Positions 28,943 through 39,525 of a stretch of DNA of 64,000 nucleotides are shown piece after piece. The notes under the pieces are model-generated. The model saw only the letters and a program-made list of their open reading frames with translations. It made no database searches and was not told the origin of the DNA. The DNA lies in the IMG/VR virus record IMGVR_UViG_3300047094_002472; one strand, 5' to 3'. Source of the stretch: a virus. The stretch's first letter is position 1. Every line of letters starts with the position of its first letter. The position numbers and the translations under genes were made by a program.

Positions 28943-29344
28943 TTAATCTTGTCTATCTCCGCTTTTAGTTCGATTATTTGGTTGATGTTCATTATTGGAT
29001 ACCTCAGTATTGTTACCTTTATTTTGCGGCATCCAAAAAATCATTTCGCCACTTTCATCATCCCATGCACACTCAAGTTTTCCAGCCGCAGCAAGTTTCG
29101 CTAAACCAACTTCGTGTAGCCAAATGCTAACCTCTTCAAATGTGTCATTAAAACTATCTTCATCGACTATATATCTATCGTTCTCGTCAATACCAACAAT
29201 ATGATTTGAGATAATATCCTTAACTTGATTGATGGTTATAAAGTCGTCCAGATTTTCTGTATAGTTTTCACACAAAGAGGATGCTGCTGCTGATCTAATA
29301 CTATCGGCATAAGCATCCAAATCTAACACGCTGTAAGTTTCCAT
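28943..29344 (-). CDS. Hypothetical protein (paralog of 13078-13500)
   Basis: Shared C-terminal motif. Confidence 0.7.
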   Translation of the reverse strand: METYSVLDLDAYADSIRSAAASSLCENYTENLDDFITINQVKDIISNHIVGIDENDRYIVDEDSFNDTFEEVSIWLHEVGLAKLAAAGKLECAWDDESGEMIFWMPQNKGNNTEVSNNEHQPNNRTKSGDRQD

Positions 29345-29360
29345 ATTAATACCCCTAAAA

Positions 29361-29642
29361 CTAGATAAATCTTTTAATACTTGATGAATCCTGATTATTA
29401 GCCATTTTCTCTAGCAGTCTATCTATGGTTTGCTGTAAATTATAGTTTCCTCTTGGGAGCCACTTACTATCTTCATAAAGAGCGGTCATTATTTGAGGAA
29501 TATAATGCTGGTAGGCTATTTCAAATTCCTCTGGAAAATAATGCTTTAGGATACGCTCAATATGAAACATACTATTGGTAATTTCATCCCTATAGTCTAT
29601 TAGTTTATTGAATTGATCCCTTTGTTCTTGTGTAAAATTCAT
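29361..29642 (-). CDS. Hypothetical protein
   Basis: Coupled ORF. Confidence 0.6.
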   Translation of the reverse strand: MNFTQEQRDQFNKLIDYRDEITNSMFHIERILKHYFPEEFEIAYQHYIPQIMTALYEDSKWLPRGNYNLQQTIDRLLEKMANNQDSSSIKRFI

Positions 29643-30052
29643 GTGACTTGTTCTCGGGGCTTAAGTTTCATCATTTTATGTTTGGTTTTCCAAACTCCAG
29701 TTTCCTTGTTTTGAATATCCCCATTCATCCAAATATGACAGAAACCGGCCTGCTTGTCAATACCCCATGCGAGAATACCATTTTCATCTACCTTTTCCAC
29801 AACAAAACGTCCGCGATAACCCATTGGGATAAATTCACCCCGGCTTACATAGAATGGGCCGCCAGCAACCTTGATCCTATCCCCCTTAATCAGTTCTCTC
29901 CAATTAAAGTCACGAATAATCTTTGTATTTTTTGATTCCTTGCTTTTTGCCTTAAAAACAAATGGATGATTACAATTCTTGCACATATATGCACGGGGGC
30001 CAGTAACCGTGCCGCACTTGTCACAAGCCTTCTTACCTTTACCAAGACCCAT
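29639..30052 (-). CDS. Zn-finger protein
   Basis: KACDKCG...CKNC; ATG 30052 after AGGAG and a composite promoter. Confidence 0.7.
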   Translation of the reverse strand: MGLGKGKKACDKCGTVTGPRAYMCKNCNHPFVFKAKSKESKNTKIIRDFNWRELIKGDRIKVAGGPFYVSRGEFIPMGYRGRFVVEKVDENGILAWGIDKQAGFCHIWMNGDIQNKETGVWKTKHKMMKLKPREQVT

Positions 30053-30128
30053 AATCTGATCTCCTGTGATTGAGTAACTGATACGCTCTAAGTATAACAT
30101 ACCAATCGGCACTGTCAAGCCATAGTCT

Positions 30129-30548
30129 TTAAGAATTTCTATGAGCCTCACAACGAGTTGAAATCCAACCCTCTTTATTGGGCTCTCCTTTGTTTCCACA
30201 AATATCGCAAATCTTATAACTCATTGCTTCTGCCATGCTCACTAAACCTTCTATATATTCATCCCCACCACTAAAATAAACTCTAAGACCACCGTACTTT
30301 TCTTTAATTTGGTCAAATTTTACAGGAAAATACTCAGTAATAGTAGCATATTCTGGATTATATTTTGTTCTGGCTTCAATGTTTCCTTCATGCTGGTTAA
30401 TCATCCAACAAAGAGAAGATAGAATGTCATACCAACCTTCTCCGCACTCTATGCCAAAACACATAGGGCTTTCCATAGGAGTCTTGTTTTTATTGACAAA
30501 AAGTTGTGGATATTTTTCGTATAACTGATTTTGTAATTCGCTGTTCAT
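30129..30548 (-). CDS. Conserved phage hypothetical protein
   Basis: GEGW, QIKEKYGGLRVY, CDICG...C..H. Confidence 0.75.
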   Translation of the reverse strand: MNSELQNQLYEKYPQLFVNKNKTPMESPMCFGIECGEGWYDILSSLCWMINQHEGNIEARTKYNPEYATITEYFPVKFDQIKEKYGGLRVYFSGGDEYIEGLVSMAEAMSYKICDICGNKGEPNKEGWISTRCEAHRNS

Positions 30549-30793
30549 AGTCTTTGTTTTCTTTTTTGTTCTTCTGATTTATAATCCGGTTCTGGTATGA
30601 TAGTAAGTTTACCGGGGCTATAGTGACAAAAGTAACTTTGCTTAATCTTTCGTTTAATTAAATTGTTTTCTTCGATTTCAACATAGATATTAATGCGATA
30701 GCGGTTTTCAAAAACATTAATAATTTTAATCATCAAATAGTTTTTGGGCTTATCTACCTGCTTAAACAATAAACTCTCAATCTCTAAATCCAT
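30545..30793 (-). CDS. Hypothetical protein
   Basis: NVFENRYRINIY; coupled ORF. Confidence 0.6.
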   Translation of the reverse strand: MDLEIESLLFKQVDKPKNYLMIKIINVFENRYRINIYVEIEENNLIKRKIKQSYFCHYSPGKLTIIPEPDYKSEEQKRKQRL

Positions 30794-31011
30794 TACCTAG
30801 CCCTCCGATTTGCTCTATGAAGAATACGAATAGTTTCTTTGGCGTTACTTGGAACCATAACTAAACTTGGTGCTGTTTTATGTCCCCAATCCATAAAACC
30901 AACAGCACGATGCTCAACACTACATTCTGTGCAAATGATTTTGCGTCCAGTCTCAGTTAAAAACTCATACCGATCAATACCAACGCAGTTTTTACAATAG
31001 ATACAGTTCAT
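30793..31011 (-). CDS. TraR/DksA-like C4 zinc-finger protein
   Basis: CIYC...DRYEFL...CTEC; SD GGAGG. Confidence 0.55.
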   Translation of the reverse strand: MNCIYCKNCVGIDRYEFLTETGRKIICTECSVEHRAVGFMDWGHKTAPSLVMVPSNAKETIRILHRANRRAR

Positions 31012-31031
31012 GGCAACCTCCGTTTAGCGGA

Positions 31032-31490
31032 TTATACCATAGTCATCGGCATTGTCAACTCGTCTACTGTAATCAAATTTCCAATACTGTCACTAAAATT
31101 GCCGCCATCGGTACTATAATAAATATCTTTCAATCCAACAGCACTTAAGAGTTTATTACAATTTTCGCAAGGTTTACTTCCAAGTATTAGTCCCTTTCGA
31201 TTAATTCTAAGAACACATAATGTCCAATCAGAACGAATGGTATTGTATTGATCCAAAAGTTTAGAAATAAGATGAGATTCAGCGTGTACATATGGATATT
31301 CTATATATTTAGGAAGATTAAACTGCTCACCTATACGATAGGCTCTGGTATTAGTTTTTATCGGATTGTTTTTGGTGAAACAAATCATTTTGTTACCATG
31401 AAAAGCAGCGGCATAGTGGTAACACCTAATAAGAGGACTTGGATTCCAATTAGCGTATGCTTTACGTATTGTCTTGTTTATTATTTTCAT
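31032..31490 (-). CDS. Zn-dependent cytidine/dCMP deaminase-fold protein
   Basis: HAE and PCENC motifs. Confidence 0.8.
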   Translation of the reverse strand: MKIINKTIRKAYANWNPSPLIRCYHYAAAFHGNKMICFTKNNPIKTNTRAYRIGEQFNLPKYIEYPYVHAESHLISKLLDQYNTIRSDWTLCVLRINRKGLILGSKPCENCNKLLSAVGLKDIYYSTDGGNFSDSIGNLITVDELTMPMTMV

Positions 31491-31652
31491 TATCCGTATT
31501 ATCCAATGTGCTTTGATATGTTTTGCTATAAGTATCGTCTATCACTGGCTCTGGATATAACTTATCGGCAGATGACAATGGGACAAGATTTACCCTCTTA
31601 CTTTGTGGAGAGTCTGTTAGTTTGATTTTTTGTGGCTCTTTCATATTATGTC

Positions 31653-31799
31653 CTATTTAGTAGCAAGCATATATAGGCCGCAGTTAGCAAAAGAGTAGCC
31701 AGCATACGCTATGCCAAGACCATAATTGCCTTTACAAAACTGCTCTATACTAACATAAGCATATACGCAGCCAGTTAGTGCTATTAGCCATCCACTCAT
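31653..31799 (-). CDS. Small 2-TM membrane protein (48 aa)
   Basis: Manual translation MSGWLIALTGCVYAYVS...; ATGA overlap with uvsE. Confidence 0.6.
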   Translation of the reverse strand: MSGWLIALTGCVYAYVSIEQFCKGNYGLGIAYAGYSFANCGLYMLATK

Positions 31800-32710
31800 G
31801 TTAATACTCCTTTACAAATTTCTTCGTGCTTCTCTATAGCGTAGTCTTTTGCTTTTAGTTCCATATCTACATCAAAATCTAGTCCATAGGTTTCAAACTT
31901 ATTATAGGCATAATCTGCATGGGCTCTAGGATTATTACCTTCTCTTGATTCACTATAATGAAATAGTGGTTTGTGTCCATGCCAAGTGTCGTGACACGCA
32001 ATAATGGCTGTATTTTCATTAAGCATATCAGAATGGCATTTGTGATGCAAATAGTCGAACGTGATAGGGATATTGGTTTTAGGATGAAAATGAGTGATTA
32101 GTTCACGAACACTCCAACAATTCAATTTGTCATCATTCTCAATAACAAGTCTTGCCTTGCAATTATCGTCTAATTTATCAAAGTTGCGTTTAAATCGTTC
32201 AATGATTTCATCATACGTTCCATTTTTATTATGAACGTGCAAATTCATTGGGTTGTAGTAATTTGCTTTACAGCCAATCCTGTCGAGAAAACTGCTATAG
32301 AAATTAAGTTCTGTAATAGTTTTTTCTACTGCTTTTTCATTGGTGGATGCAAGAACATTAAACTCTGATGGGTGACAAGATATGCGAACACCCTTATCTT
32401 TAATGGTTTGTTCTATATTGTCCATTTCATCTTGAATATCGTCATAATTAGGCAAATCTTCTAGAGAAATATTAGCCTCATCAAAAGTGATAAGAGGAAA
32501 TAGATCACTACTAACTCTATAAGAGTAGCCATTATCACCGCAAAACTGGATTGTTTCATTGGTTACAACCATATTATTGTGGATACGATCACCAAGGATA
32601 CTCAACGCTTCCACTCTTGGAAGTGAAGCGAAACGCTTGTAGGTCATTGTTTTAAATCCATGACCCTGTTCCTTAAGTTTTAAAGATATGCAGCACAGAC
32701 CGTAAGCCAT
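31796..32710 (-). CDS. uvsE: UV-damage endonuclease UvsE/UvdE
   Basis: GLCCI, YRVSS, HPSEF, NLHV, IENDD, FDYLHH, HYSES, HAD, ELKAKD. Confidence 0.92.
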   Translation of the reverse strand: MAYGLCCISLKLKEQGHGFKTMTYKRFASLPRVEALSILGDRIHNNMVVTNETIQFCGDNGYSYRVSSDLFPLITFDEANISLEDLPNYDDIQDEMDNIEQTIKDKGVRISCHPSEFNVLASTNEKAVEKTITELNFYSSFLDRIGCKANYYNPMNLHVHNKNGTYDEIIERFKRNFDKLDDNCKARLVIENDDKLNCWSVRELITHFHPKTNIPITFDYLHHKCHSDMLNENTAIIACHDTWHGHKPLFHYSESREGNNPRAHADYAYNKFETYGLDFDVDMELKAKDYAIEKHEEICKGVLT

Positions 32711-32755
32711 AGATTCTCCTAAGATAGCATCAGTATACTACGCTATCGGCATCTG

Positions 32756-33379
32756 TCAACGCGATTCTTGAGTTTCTTCGTATTCTTGCAGAAGTGCTGC
32801 TCTCATAGGCTCTGTGATATTATTAGAATCTAGATAATAGGCAAGATTCATATGAAATGTATTAGGCATATGACTGAGAACCCTATCAGAATAGATGGGA
32901 TTCTTTGGTCTTTTGCGTAAAGAGCGATTAATGTGATAATGAAGCAGATATGCGTTAACTGCACGAATATACTTATCAACACTTACATCTTCTATAGGGT
33001 TATTGTGCAGCAATCTTAGTGCCTTGTTCTCACAATCATGTTCTAATTCTAGAATATCATGAAGACTTTGGTTTAATTCCTCATCCGTATAATTAGACTC
33101 TGGCTTATCTATCCATTCAAATAAAGTGTCATATGTTAATAACGACCTATCCCATAGGTCACGATTATTTTTCCACTGTAAGTAGTGACAATATTCATGC
33201 AAGAATACTTCAAAACCCATATCATGGTCTAAAGCAACAACCAATTCCCTCTCACCATCTTCTGCACCAAACCATCCTCCATAACCATCTAATTCCTTTT
33301 TTCTATGTATCAACACAGAAAATCCATTGGCTAAAAGTTCTCTGGTGCATTTGGTGATAAAATTTAGTTTAGTATCCAT
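32756..33379 (-). CDS. Zincin-like (HExxH) protein
   Basis: FLHEYCHYLQW and downstream ELEHDCE. Confidence 0.65.
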   Translation of the reverse strand: MDTKLNFITKCTRELLANGFSVLIHRKKELDGYGGWFGAEDGERELVVALDHDMGFEVFLHEYCHYLQWKNNRDLWDRSLLTYDTLFEWIDKPESNYTDEELNQSLHDILELEHDCENKALRLLHNNPIEDVSVDKYIRAVNAYLLHYHINRSLRKRPKNPIYSDRVLSHMPNTFHMNLAYYLDSNNITEPMRAALLQEYEETQESR

Positions 33380-33857
33380 ACTTATGCTCTGTTTTCGGTA
33401 ACGTCTATCGCAGAATAAATTCTCATAACTTTATGGGTGGGTTCAAAATATTGCTGAAAAGCCAGTTGTGCTTCTAGTTCGGTTGTTGTAAAAAAAGTTT
33501 CATGCAGCAAAATAGTTTGCTTATACTTATCGTTTTTTTCGTATCCCTGACCAGTAACTAAAAATTCTAACATTATATTTTTTCTTTCTTGTTATAGTTT
33601 TCTTGTCTCAGTTTATCTTCCTTCTGCATATAATAGGCCGTAGAAACTAAAAAGAATAATCCACCAAAGAATACTACCAGTCCAACAAGTAAATATATGG
33701 CGAACAAAGATAGCACAAGATTTATTAACATATCTAGTCTTTCGTTATTTTAAGTACAATTCCAAAAATAGTAAACATTATACAGCATATTCCTATAAAT
33801 ATGAACGGGAAAGCGAACAATATGTCGCTATATTCACTAAGTCTAAAGTTTACCATA

Positions 33858-34484
33858 TTATAGTCCAAACGCTTCAATAGTATATTTAAATGGCTTATCT
33901 GGTATATTTTTCACTAATTCTAACATTTGTTGTGCTATTTCTCTGATTTCTAGTTGAGCGTTGTCTTTATTTCTTAAAGATTGAAAATGATAAAAACTTC
34001 TCCAATTAAAACTCACATCAGCGGTAATTTGTGTATTATATCCTCTAAAAAATCGAGCAGATTCTTTGGCTCTTTTTCGATCAACACCATAATTATCTGT
34101 TAAATCTTTAATACAATCATGGTATAGTCTCAACCCATTTTCCGTATAATGCTTTAATTGTTCTTTCCATAGTTCGGGCCAGTCTTCAGGGACTAAATAT
34201 TTATCTTCTTTGATCTCTTTATATCTTGCAGATTCTCCGTTGACACTAACGCCGATACGATGTTTGATAATATGTATATGAGAGGCTATATCTGTGGTTA
34301 CAAGAAAGTGTAGATAAGATTTTTCAAAAGGAGTATGATGCCCTTCATCCGCTAACATTTTTAACAGTTTGGGGATTCTATTGATTTTATCTTCTGATAA
34401 ATCTCTAGAAGTGCTAGTCCAAGCAGAACAACTTATAATTTTATCATCACCGTAGTATCCTACCAACTCAACATTATTTTGCAT
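33858..34484 (-). CDS. thyX: FAD-dependent thymidylate synthase ThyX
   Basis: GHHTPFE, KHRIGVSVNGESARY, ESARF, NWRS, LR...AQLEIRE. Confidence 0.92.
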   Translation of the reverse strand: MQNNVELVGYYGDDKIISCSAWTSTSRDLSEDKINRIPKLLKMLADEGHHTPFEKSYLHFLVTTDIASHIHIIKHRIGVSVNGESARYKEIKEDKYLVPEDWPELWKEQLKHYTENGLRLYHDCIKDLTDNYGVDRKRAKESARFFRGYNTQITADVSFNWRSFYHFQSLRNKDNAQLEIREIAQQMLELVKNIPDKPFKYTIEAFGL

Positions 34485-35088
34485 ATTTAGTCCTATATTG
34501 TATGAGGTCATTTATCCATTCTAAAAATAGTTCCTGGCTCATATCTCGTTTTGCTTTATTGCAGATTTCACAACAAGTTACGGTATTATTTTTTGTATAT
34601 CCTTTACTAGAATCAATTCTATCTAAACCATTATATGTAAAAGAGCCATTTCTTTTTCTTTTTCCTATGTTGGTTTTTATTGTTGTTCTAGGCAATCTGC
34701 CACAATAATAACATTGTTTTTGTGTTAATTCTAAAAATTCTTCTTTTGTAAATTCAAAATCTATTTTCTTGTTTTGGCTTCGATTTACATAGCCCTTATA
34801 GCAACAGTGTTTTGCCGCTTCACCTAAAGGCTTAGTATTTCTTTGTGCAGTTTTTTCTGGAAGAATATTTTTTCTAAACTCATCTAACAAACATCCGCAA
34901 CTCTTGGTTCTTTTTAAGCAACCTATTCTCAATATTTTTTCTTGACCACAAACACATTTAACTTTCCAATAACTTTCCCTCCTATCCTTCCAAAATACTT
35001 TAAAACCCATAAATTCGGTAACTGTTAATCTGCCAAATGTTTTACCTATCAAATTTTGTGCTGGTTTGTTTTTCATAGTTATCTCCAT
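34474..35088 (-). CDS. Free-standing HNH homing endonuclease
   Basis: GKTFGRLTV, KSCGC, CYYCG, NGLDRIDS..GY...N...CC..CN..K. Confidence 0.85.
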   Translation of the reverse strand: MEITMKNKPAQNLIGKTFGRLTVTEFMGFKVFWKDRRESYWKVKCVCGQEKILRIGCLKRTKSCGCLLDEFRKNILPEKTAQRNTKPLGEAAKHCCYKGYVNRSQNKKIDFEFTKEEFLELTQKQCYYCGRLPRTTIKTNIGKRKRNGSFTYNGLDRIDSSKGYTKNNTVTCCEICNKAKRDMSQELFLEWINDLIQYRTKYAK

Positions 35089-36090
35089 AATAAATGGTTA
35101 TATTATCTAATACACCAATTACCATAGAAATAGTAAGAATATTTTATTTTTTTTTGGCCTATTGATTATATGGTTTTCTGCATCTGGAGTTACGCTAACT
35201 AGTTTTACATTACTTATAATTTTTGATTTCCATGTTTAGTAAATATGTTTGTTGATGATCCAACCATTTATTATCTGTCATGTCATTATAAATTGCTTTG
35301 GCTAATTTGCTAACGCTCTTTGCAACTCCGCTACGGTTTGAATCATCTGCTTTTGACCAGTAATATTGTACAGGCTCTCCCTTTTCTTCGTCACCCTTTT
35401 CCTTGAGGGTTTCGTACCCCTGTTGTTTTGCCCACTTTTTTATTTCTGACCAAAGCATCCAGTTTCTCCCTAGAGTTACGCTCATTATACAACTTGTTCA
35501 GCATCCTGTCAATGTCAGATATTTGTTCTTGGTCGAGGCCATAGCCTTTTCTCAACGAATATTGACAAATTCTAATAAGCAAATCATAATCATTTTTTGT
35601 CATATCTTTTCCACGCATCCTTATGCTTAATCGCTATAATTTCTGCTCTTTGCTCTTTAATAACATGATACTGATAAGAAATTAACTCTTTAAGACCATC
35701 AATATATGTTTGTATGGCGGAGTCTTGTATGTCAATATTCTCTTCTAGTATTCTATATTTCAGAGGGTTGGGTGTTTCTTTCATTGGTTGTGTTCTATCT
35801 TTGGTATTAGGTTTGTATCGTCCAATACTTCTTTTAGTTCTATGGTAAGTAATGATAGGTTTTTATTGCTTGAGTTTTTGGATACTAGCATTTGAATTAG
35901 TTGACATATTTTTTCGCAAGAAATCTGTTGTTGGGTGAGAGATATTGCTATTTTAGTATCCATAAATTATTATTCTTGCACCTTGGTTCCCATATCGTAT
36001 GGGTATCCATCTTTGGGATCGTCGCTATAAACTCCTTCATATTCATTATCCCACCAAGGAATTTTGCTGTCTGGTAGTTGTTCACTCATA

Positions 36091-36501
36091 TTATTCCTTT
36101 TCTACCATCGTACCATCTTTTACCACATAAATCTTAACATTAATGCTTGATCGAATATAGTCTCTACCACCATCAATCATATTGCCGTTTTTGAAACTCT
36201 TATAGTCGTGACGAAATTGAGAATATTGTAGATCACCATTATCATCTTCTACCATACCGAAAGTTAAATCCTCTATGCTATCGGCATTAAATATTACATA
36301 TTTCTCTCTATCATGGTCATAACCAAAACCAAAATATCTATTGCCAAATTCTGGATGTGGTGTTTCTCTATAAAAAATATCCGCAGGAGTATCACTTCGT
36401 CTAAAGTCTGTGGTACAAACATAGTTCACTGGAACACCATCTTTTACAGAATAATATTCTGTGATGTTGTTTGTATTTGTCATTGGGAAATGTTTAATCA
36501 T
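36091..36501 (-). CDS. Hypothetical phage protein
   Basis: S..RHDY...MIDGGRDYIR motif. Confidence 0.7.
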   Translation of the reverse strand: MIKHFPMTNTNNITEYYSVKDGVPVNYVCTTDFRRSDTPADIFYRETPHPEFGNRYFGFGYDHDREKYVIFNADSIEDLTFGMVEDDNGDLQYSQFRHDYKSFKNGNMIDGGRDYIRSSINVKIYVVKDGTMVEKE

Positions 36502-36772
36502 TTTAGGTTAATACCTTTCACCCTCTAGGGGGTCTTTACTATAAGGATAGTTGAACGGGCCAAGATTTTGTTTACGCCTTTTCTTTATCCAGTCAAGAGT
36601 ATCGTCAAAGCATTTTTCGCAAATTTGAATATCAAACTTTGTGCCATCATATTTCGATCCATAGCCCCATATTGCTTCTAATGTAGCATATTCATTACCA
36701 ATTTGTTCTATGGAACAAGGATTTCCACAAACGTCACAATAAACTCCATCTTCAACTTTTCTTTCAACAATC

Positions 36773-37258
36773 TTATATGTTTTCATCGAATATTTCCATA
36801 TCGTCAAAATTATATGGTTCGACAGTCCAGCCTAGTTTTAGTAGATCTAACCTAATCTCATCTGTAACAAAACCCTCACCAGCATAACCTTCTACATTAT
36901 GTTGTCCTATGCCACTACAATACCAATCAATATAGTCTCCCTTTTCATTTAGATCAGCAACAATACCACCAGCATATCTCCAAGAGCAAGTCCATTCTTT
37001 TTTGTTTTGTAAAAATCTATTGTTGCACAAAGCAGCGTATAGGTTTTGACTGTAAGTATTACTATTCTTGCATTTATTAGCAATCCACTCACACCCCCTC
37101 AAATCCCAACCTAGATCATTATCTTGAGGCATTTCTTTATGCGACAACATCTCTTTCATTGAATCATACTGCTCTTGAGTAATATCGCCTTTATCTAGGG
37201 ACTTTTTATAATGGTTCATCATAAAACTTCCCCTATCGGGACTTGTGAAGTATTTCAT
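36773..37258 (-). CDS. Conserved phage hypothetical protein
   Basis: QNLYAALCNN, WTCSWR, GDYIDWYCSG. Confidence 0.75.
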   Translation of the reverse strand: MKYFTSPDRGSFMMNHYKKSLDKGDITQEQYDSMKEMLSHKEMPQDNDLGWDLRGCEWIANKCKNSNTYSQNLYAALCNNRFLQNKKEWTCSWRYAGGIVADLNEKGDYIDWYCSGIGQHNVEGYAGEGFVTDEIRLDLLKLGWTVEPYNFDDMEIFDENI

Positions 37259-37447
37259 GCCAGTTCTTCTCTAAATGGTTCATAATATCTGGTATTTTAC
37301 GATCATTATAAAAACAGTCAAGGTGCGAGCCTGTTAATTCTCTATATTTATCGGGCCAAACTTTATTTAAGCAATTCATAATATTTTGACCTTCTCTAAT
37401 GCCTAAACGGTATTGACTATCAATATGGTTTTTGAACTGCTGAAATG

Positions 37448-38206
37448 TCATGTCCAAAGACTTCCTCTGATCTTAATAAGTTCAATAAGCATCTTTGTAT
37501 CTTCTTTTTCGTAATCGTCTTGCATTTTACTAATTTTCTTATAATAACTCTTGCCGTGCTTTTCCTCAGAGAAAATTTCGTAAGGGTCTGGTCTGTTGTC
37601 TCTGTTTTTCCACCAGTTATATAACTCTGTTGTTTTACGAGCGGCGACTGCCTGTTCAGTTGGCTCACCAAACCCCTTATCTCCCTTTCTAAAGCCATAA
37701 TCTTTGTTATAGGTCAAACCACTAGCCCATTTTAAATAATCAAGCCCAGCCTCAACGCAGCGACCGTGAACAAATTTATACTTCTTTTCCTTATAACACT
37801 TGAATAAATGGGCGTATTCTATTTCTACAAGATCAACAAGTTCATTAAAAAGACCATGAATAATTCTATAGTCTAAGTCATAGTAATTGCCCGGCTTTAA
37901 TCCCGTATTAAGACAATGAGTTTTGTCTATAAATCTATTGCGAACGTAAGCCTCTATGGTATAGTAAATATCACAGGGTAAATAAATTATATCCTGCAAA
38001 CGATCAAGTAGTTTTTCTGCCACCCAATATCTATAAGGATGCTTATTTTGAGCCTCTTTACGCCATTCGTCCCAACCTTCCCATGCTAGTGCATATGGTT
38101 TATCTGTTCCCCTAATCCAGTCTGCTAAACTAGAGCAACTCCAATAATTTATTCTACTTCTTTTGCTTAATTTAAACATATTATTCCAGTTCCACCCCAT
38201 GTTCAT
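37448..38206 (-). CDS. Conserved phage hypothetical protein
   Basis: YWSCS...ELYNWW...EDTKMLIELIKIRGSLWT. Confidence 0.75.
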   Translation of the reverse strand: MNMGWNWNNMFKLSKRSRINYWSCSSLADWIRGTDKPYALAWEGWDEWRKEAQNKHPYRYWVAEKLLDRLQDIIYLPCDIYYTIEAYVRNRFIDKTHCLNTGLKPGNYYDLDYRIIHGLFNELVDLVEIEYAHLFKCYKEKKYKFVHGRCVEAGLDYLKWASGLTYNKDYGFRKGDKGFGEPTEQAVAARKTTELYNWWKNRDNRPDPYEIFSEEKHGKSYYKKISKMQDDYEKEDTKMLIELIKIRGSLWT

Positions 38207-39105
38207 TCACCAACCTATAGAATTCTTCACGAATTTTATCAAGAGCATCATCAGCATCTTTAAAGTCATTACCATGTTTCTGCCAAGAACGAAGTTGTTG
38301 AGCAAAATACCATAGCATACTCTTGGCTTTCGCCGCATTAATAGCGGTATCAAATTCGCTCTGTTCTTCTGGTAAGTTAAATCTCAACGTAACTATTGGC
38401 ATAATTATTCTTTATGGTTATCAAGTTTAAGTGCTTGGGTAAAAGCCTCAAAGGTATCATCGGTATGAAGTTCGATCAAAACGGCCAAACCCTCTAAAAC
38501 ATTAGCGAGTTTATCATTATTCATCTTATTTTCCAGCACAGCATTTGTCACAGACCGCAGATGATCCGCAAAAAGTGCTGTTTGATTAATCTTGTTTTCT
38601 AGATCGAACCTATCCATTAGCAATCTCCTTTTCATATTCCTCAATATCTGTCTTAAATTCATCCGCTTGGCCTAAAACAACAGCAGCATGATACAAGATA
38701 TGATCTCTAGGATCGCTACCATCCTGAATAAATTCTTGATAACTAATTTGCTCACTATCACAATCAAAAATATATCTAGCACACTCCATAGCGGCTTCAG
38801 TATAATTCACTTCAGTTTGTGTACGCATATTTATTGCTCCTATTTAGGTAAGTTCCTTGATAATCTTGTTAAATTTATTTTGAATCTTCTTATTTTTCGG
38901 AGCATCGCAAAACCCAAGCCCCTTTTTAGTTTCTTCAACGCTTTCAACAATAGGAGGCTCATATTCTGTAGTTGTCCACTGACAATTCTTCTCAAAGAAA
39001 GTAAAGTCTAGTTCTCCAAGACCATCGTGAACGTCATCCTTGTTTTCAGCCTCAATAACAAAAGAGGTACTCTTAGCCTCAACGTAATTCATAGTAACCA
39101 GATAT

Positions 39106-39525
39106 TTAGGCATGATTCGTCTCCAAAAGAGTGATGTTGCTAGTAAACACTATACCTCGTCTTTGAGAAATGTCAAGAGGCTTCTTAAACTTTTTAATAT
39201 TGCTCACTACCCATCCGTATTTAGGTTTAGTTGAATTCCATCCATATAATTTATTGCTATCTTCTACCTTGTGCCTACTATAATCATCAACCCAATCTTG
39301 CTTAAACACATAAAGAAAACTGTGGCTAAAAGTAATAGTCCCTATAATCCGAGCCTTAAACTTACCCCTCTTTCCCGGCGTTTCAATCAATGCTAATTCA
39401 ACTCCCTCATGCTTTTTTGGTAAAGCATATGAGCGGGTTTCGACAGTTTTGGTGCCGTTTATTAAAAGATTAGACCAAGGGGCTTGAATATTTAAACCAG
39501 TCATTGTGTAACTTCGATATGCCAC
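39106..39525 (-). CDS. ASCH/PUA-like domain protein
   Basis: LNIQAPWSNLLINGTKTVETR. Confidence 0.8.
   Translation of the reverse strand: MAYRSYTMTGLNIQAPWSNLLINGTKTVETRSYALPKKHEGVELALIETPGKRGKFKARIIGTITFSHSFLYVFKQDWVDDYSRHKVEDSNKLYGWNSTKPKYGWVVSNIKKFKKPLDISQRRGIVFTSNITLLETNHA

Noticed and set aside
33858-35088. Group I intron in thyX carrying the HNH
   Set aside because: thyX is uninterrupted and the HNH lies upstream as a separate gene.
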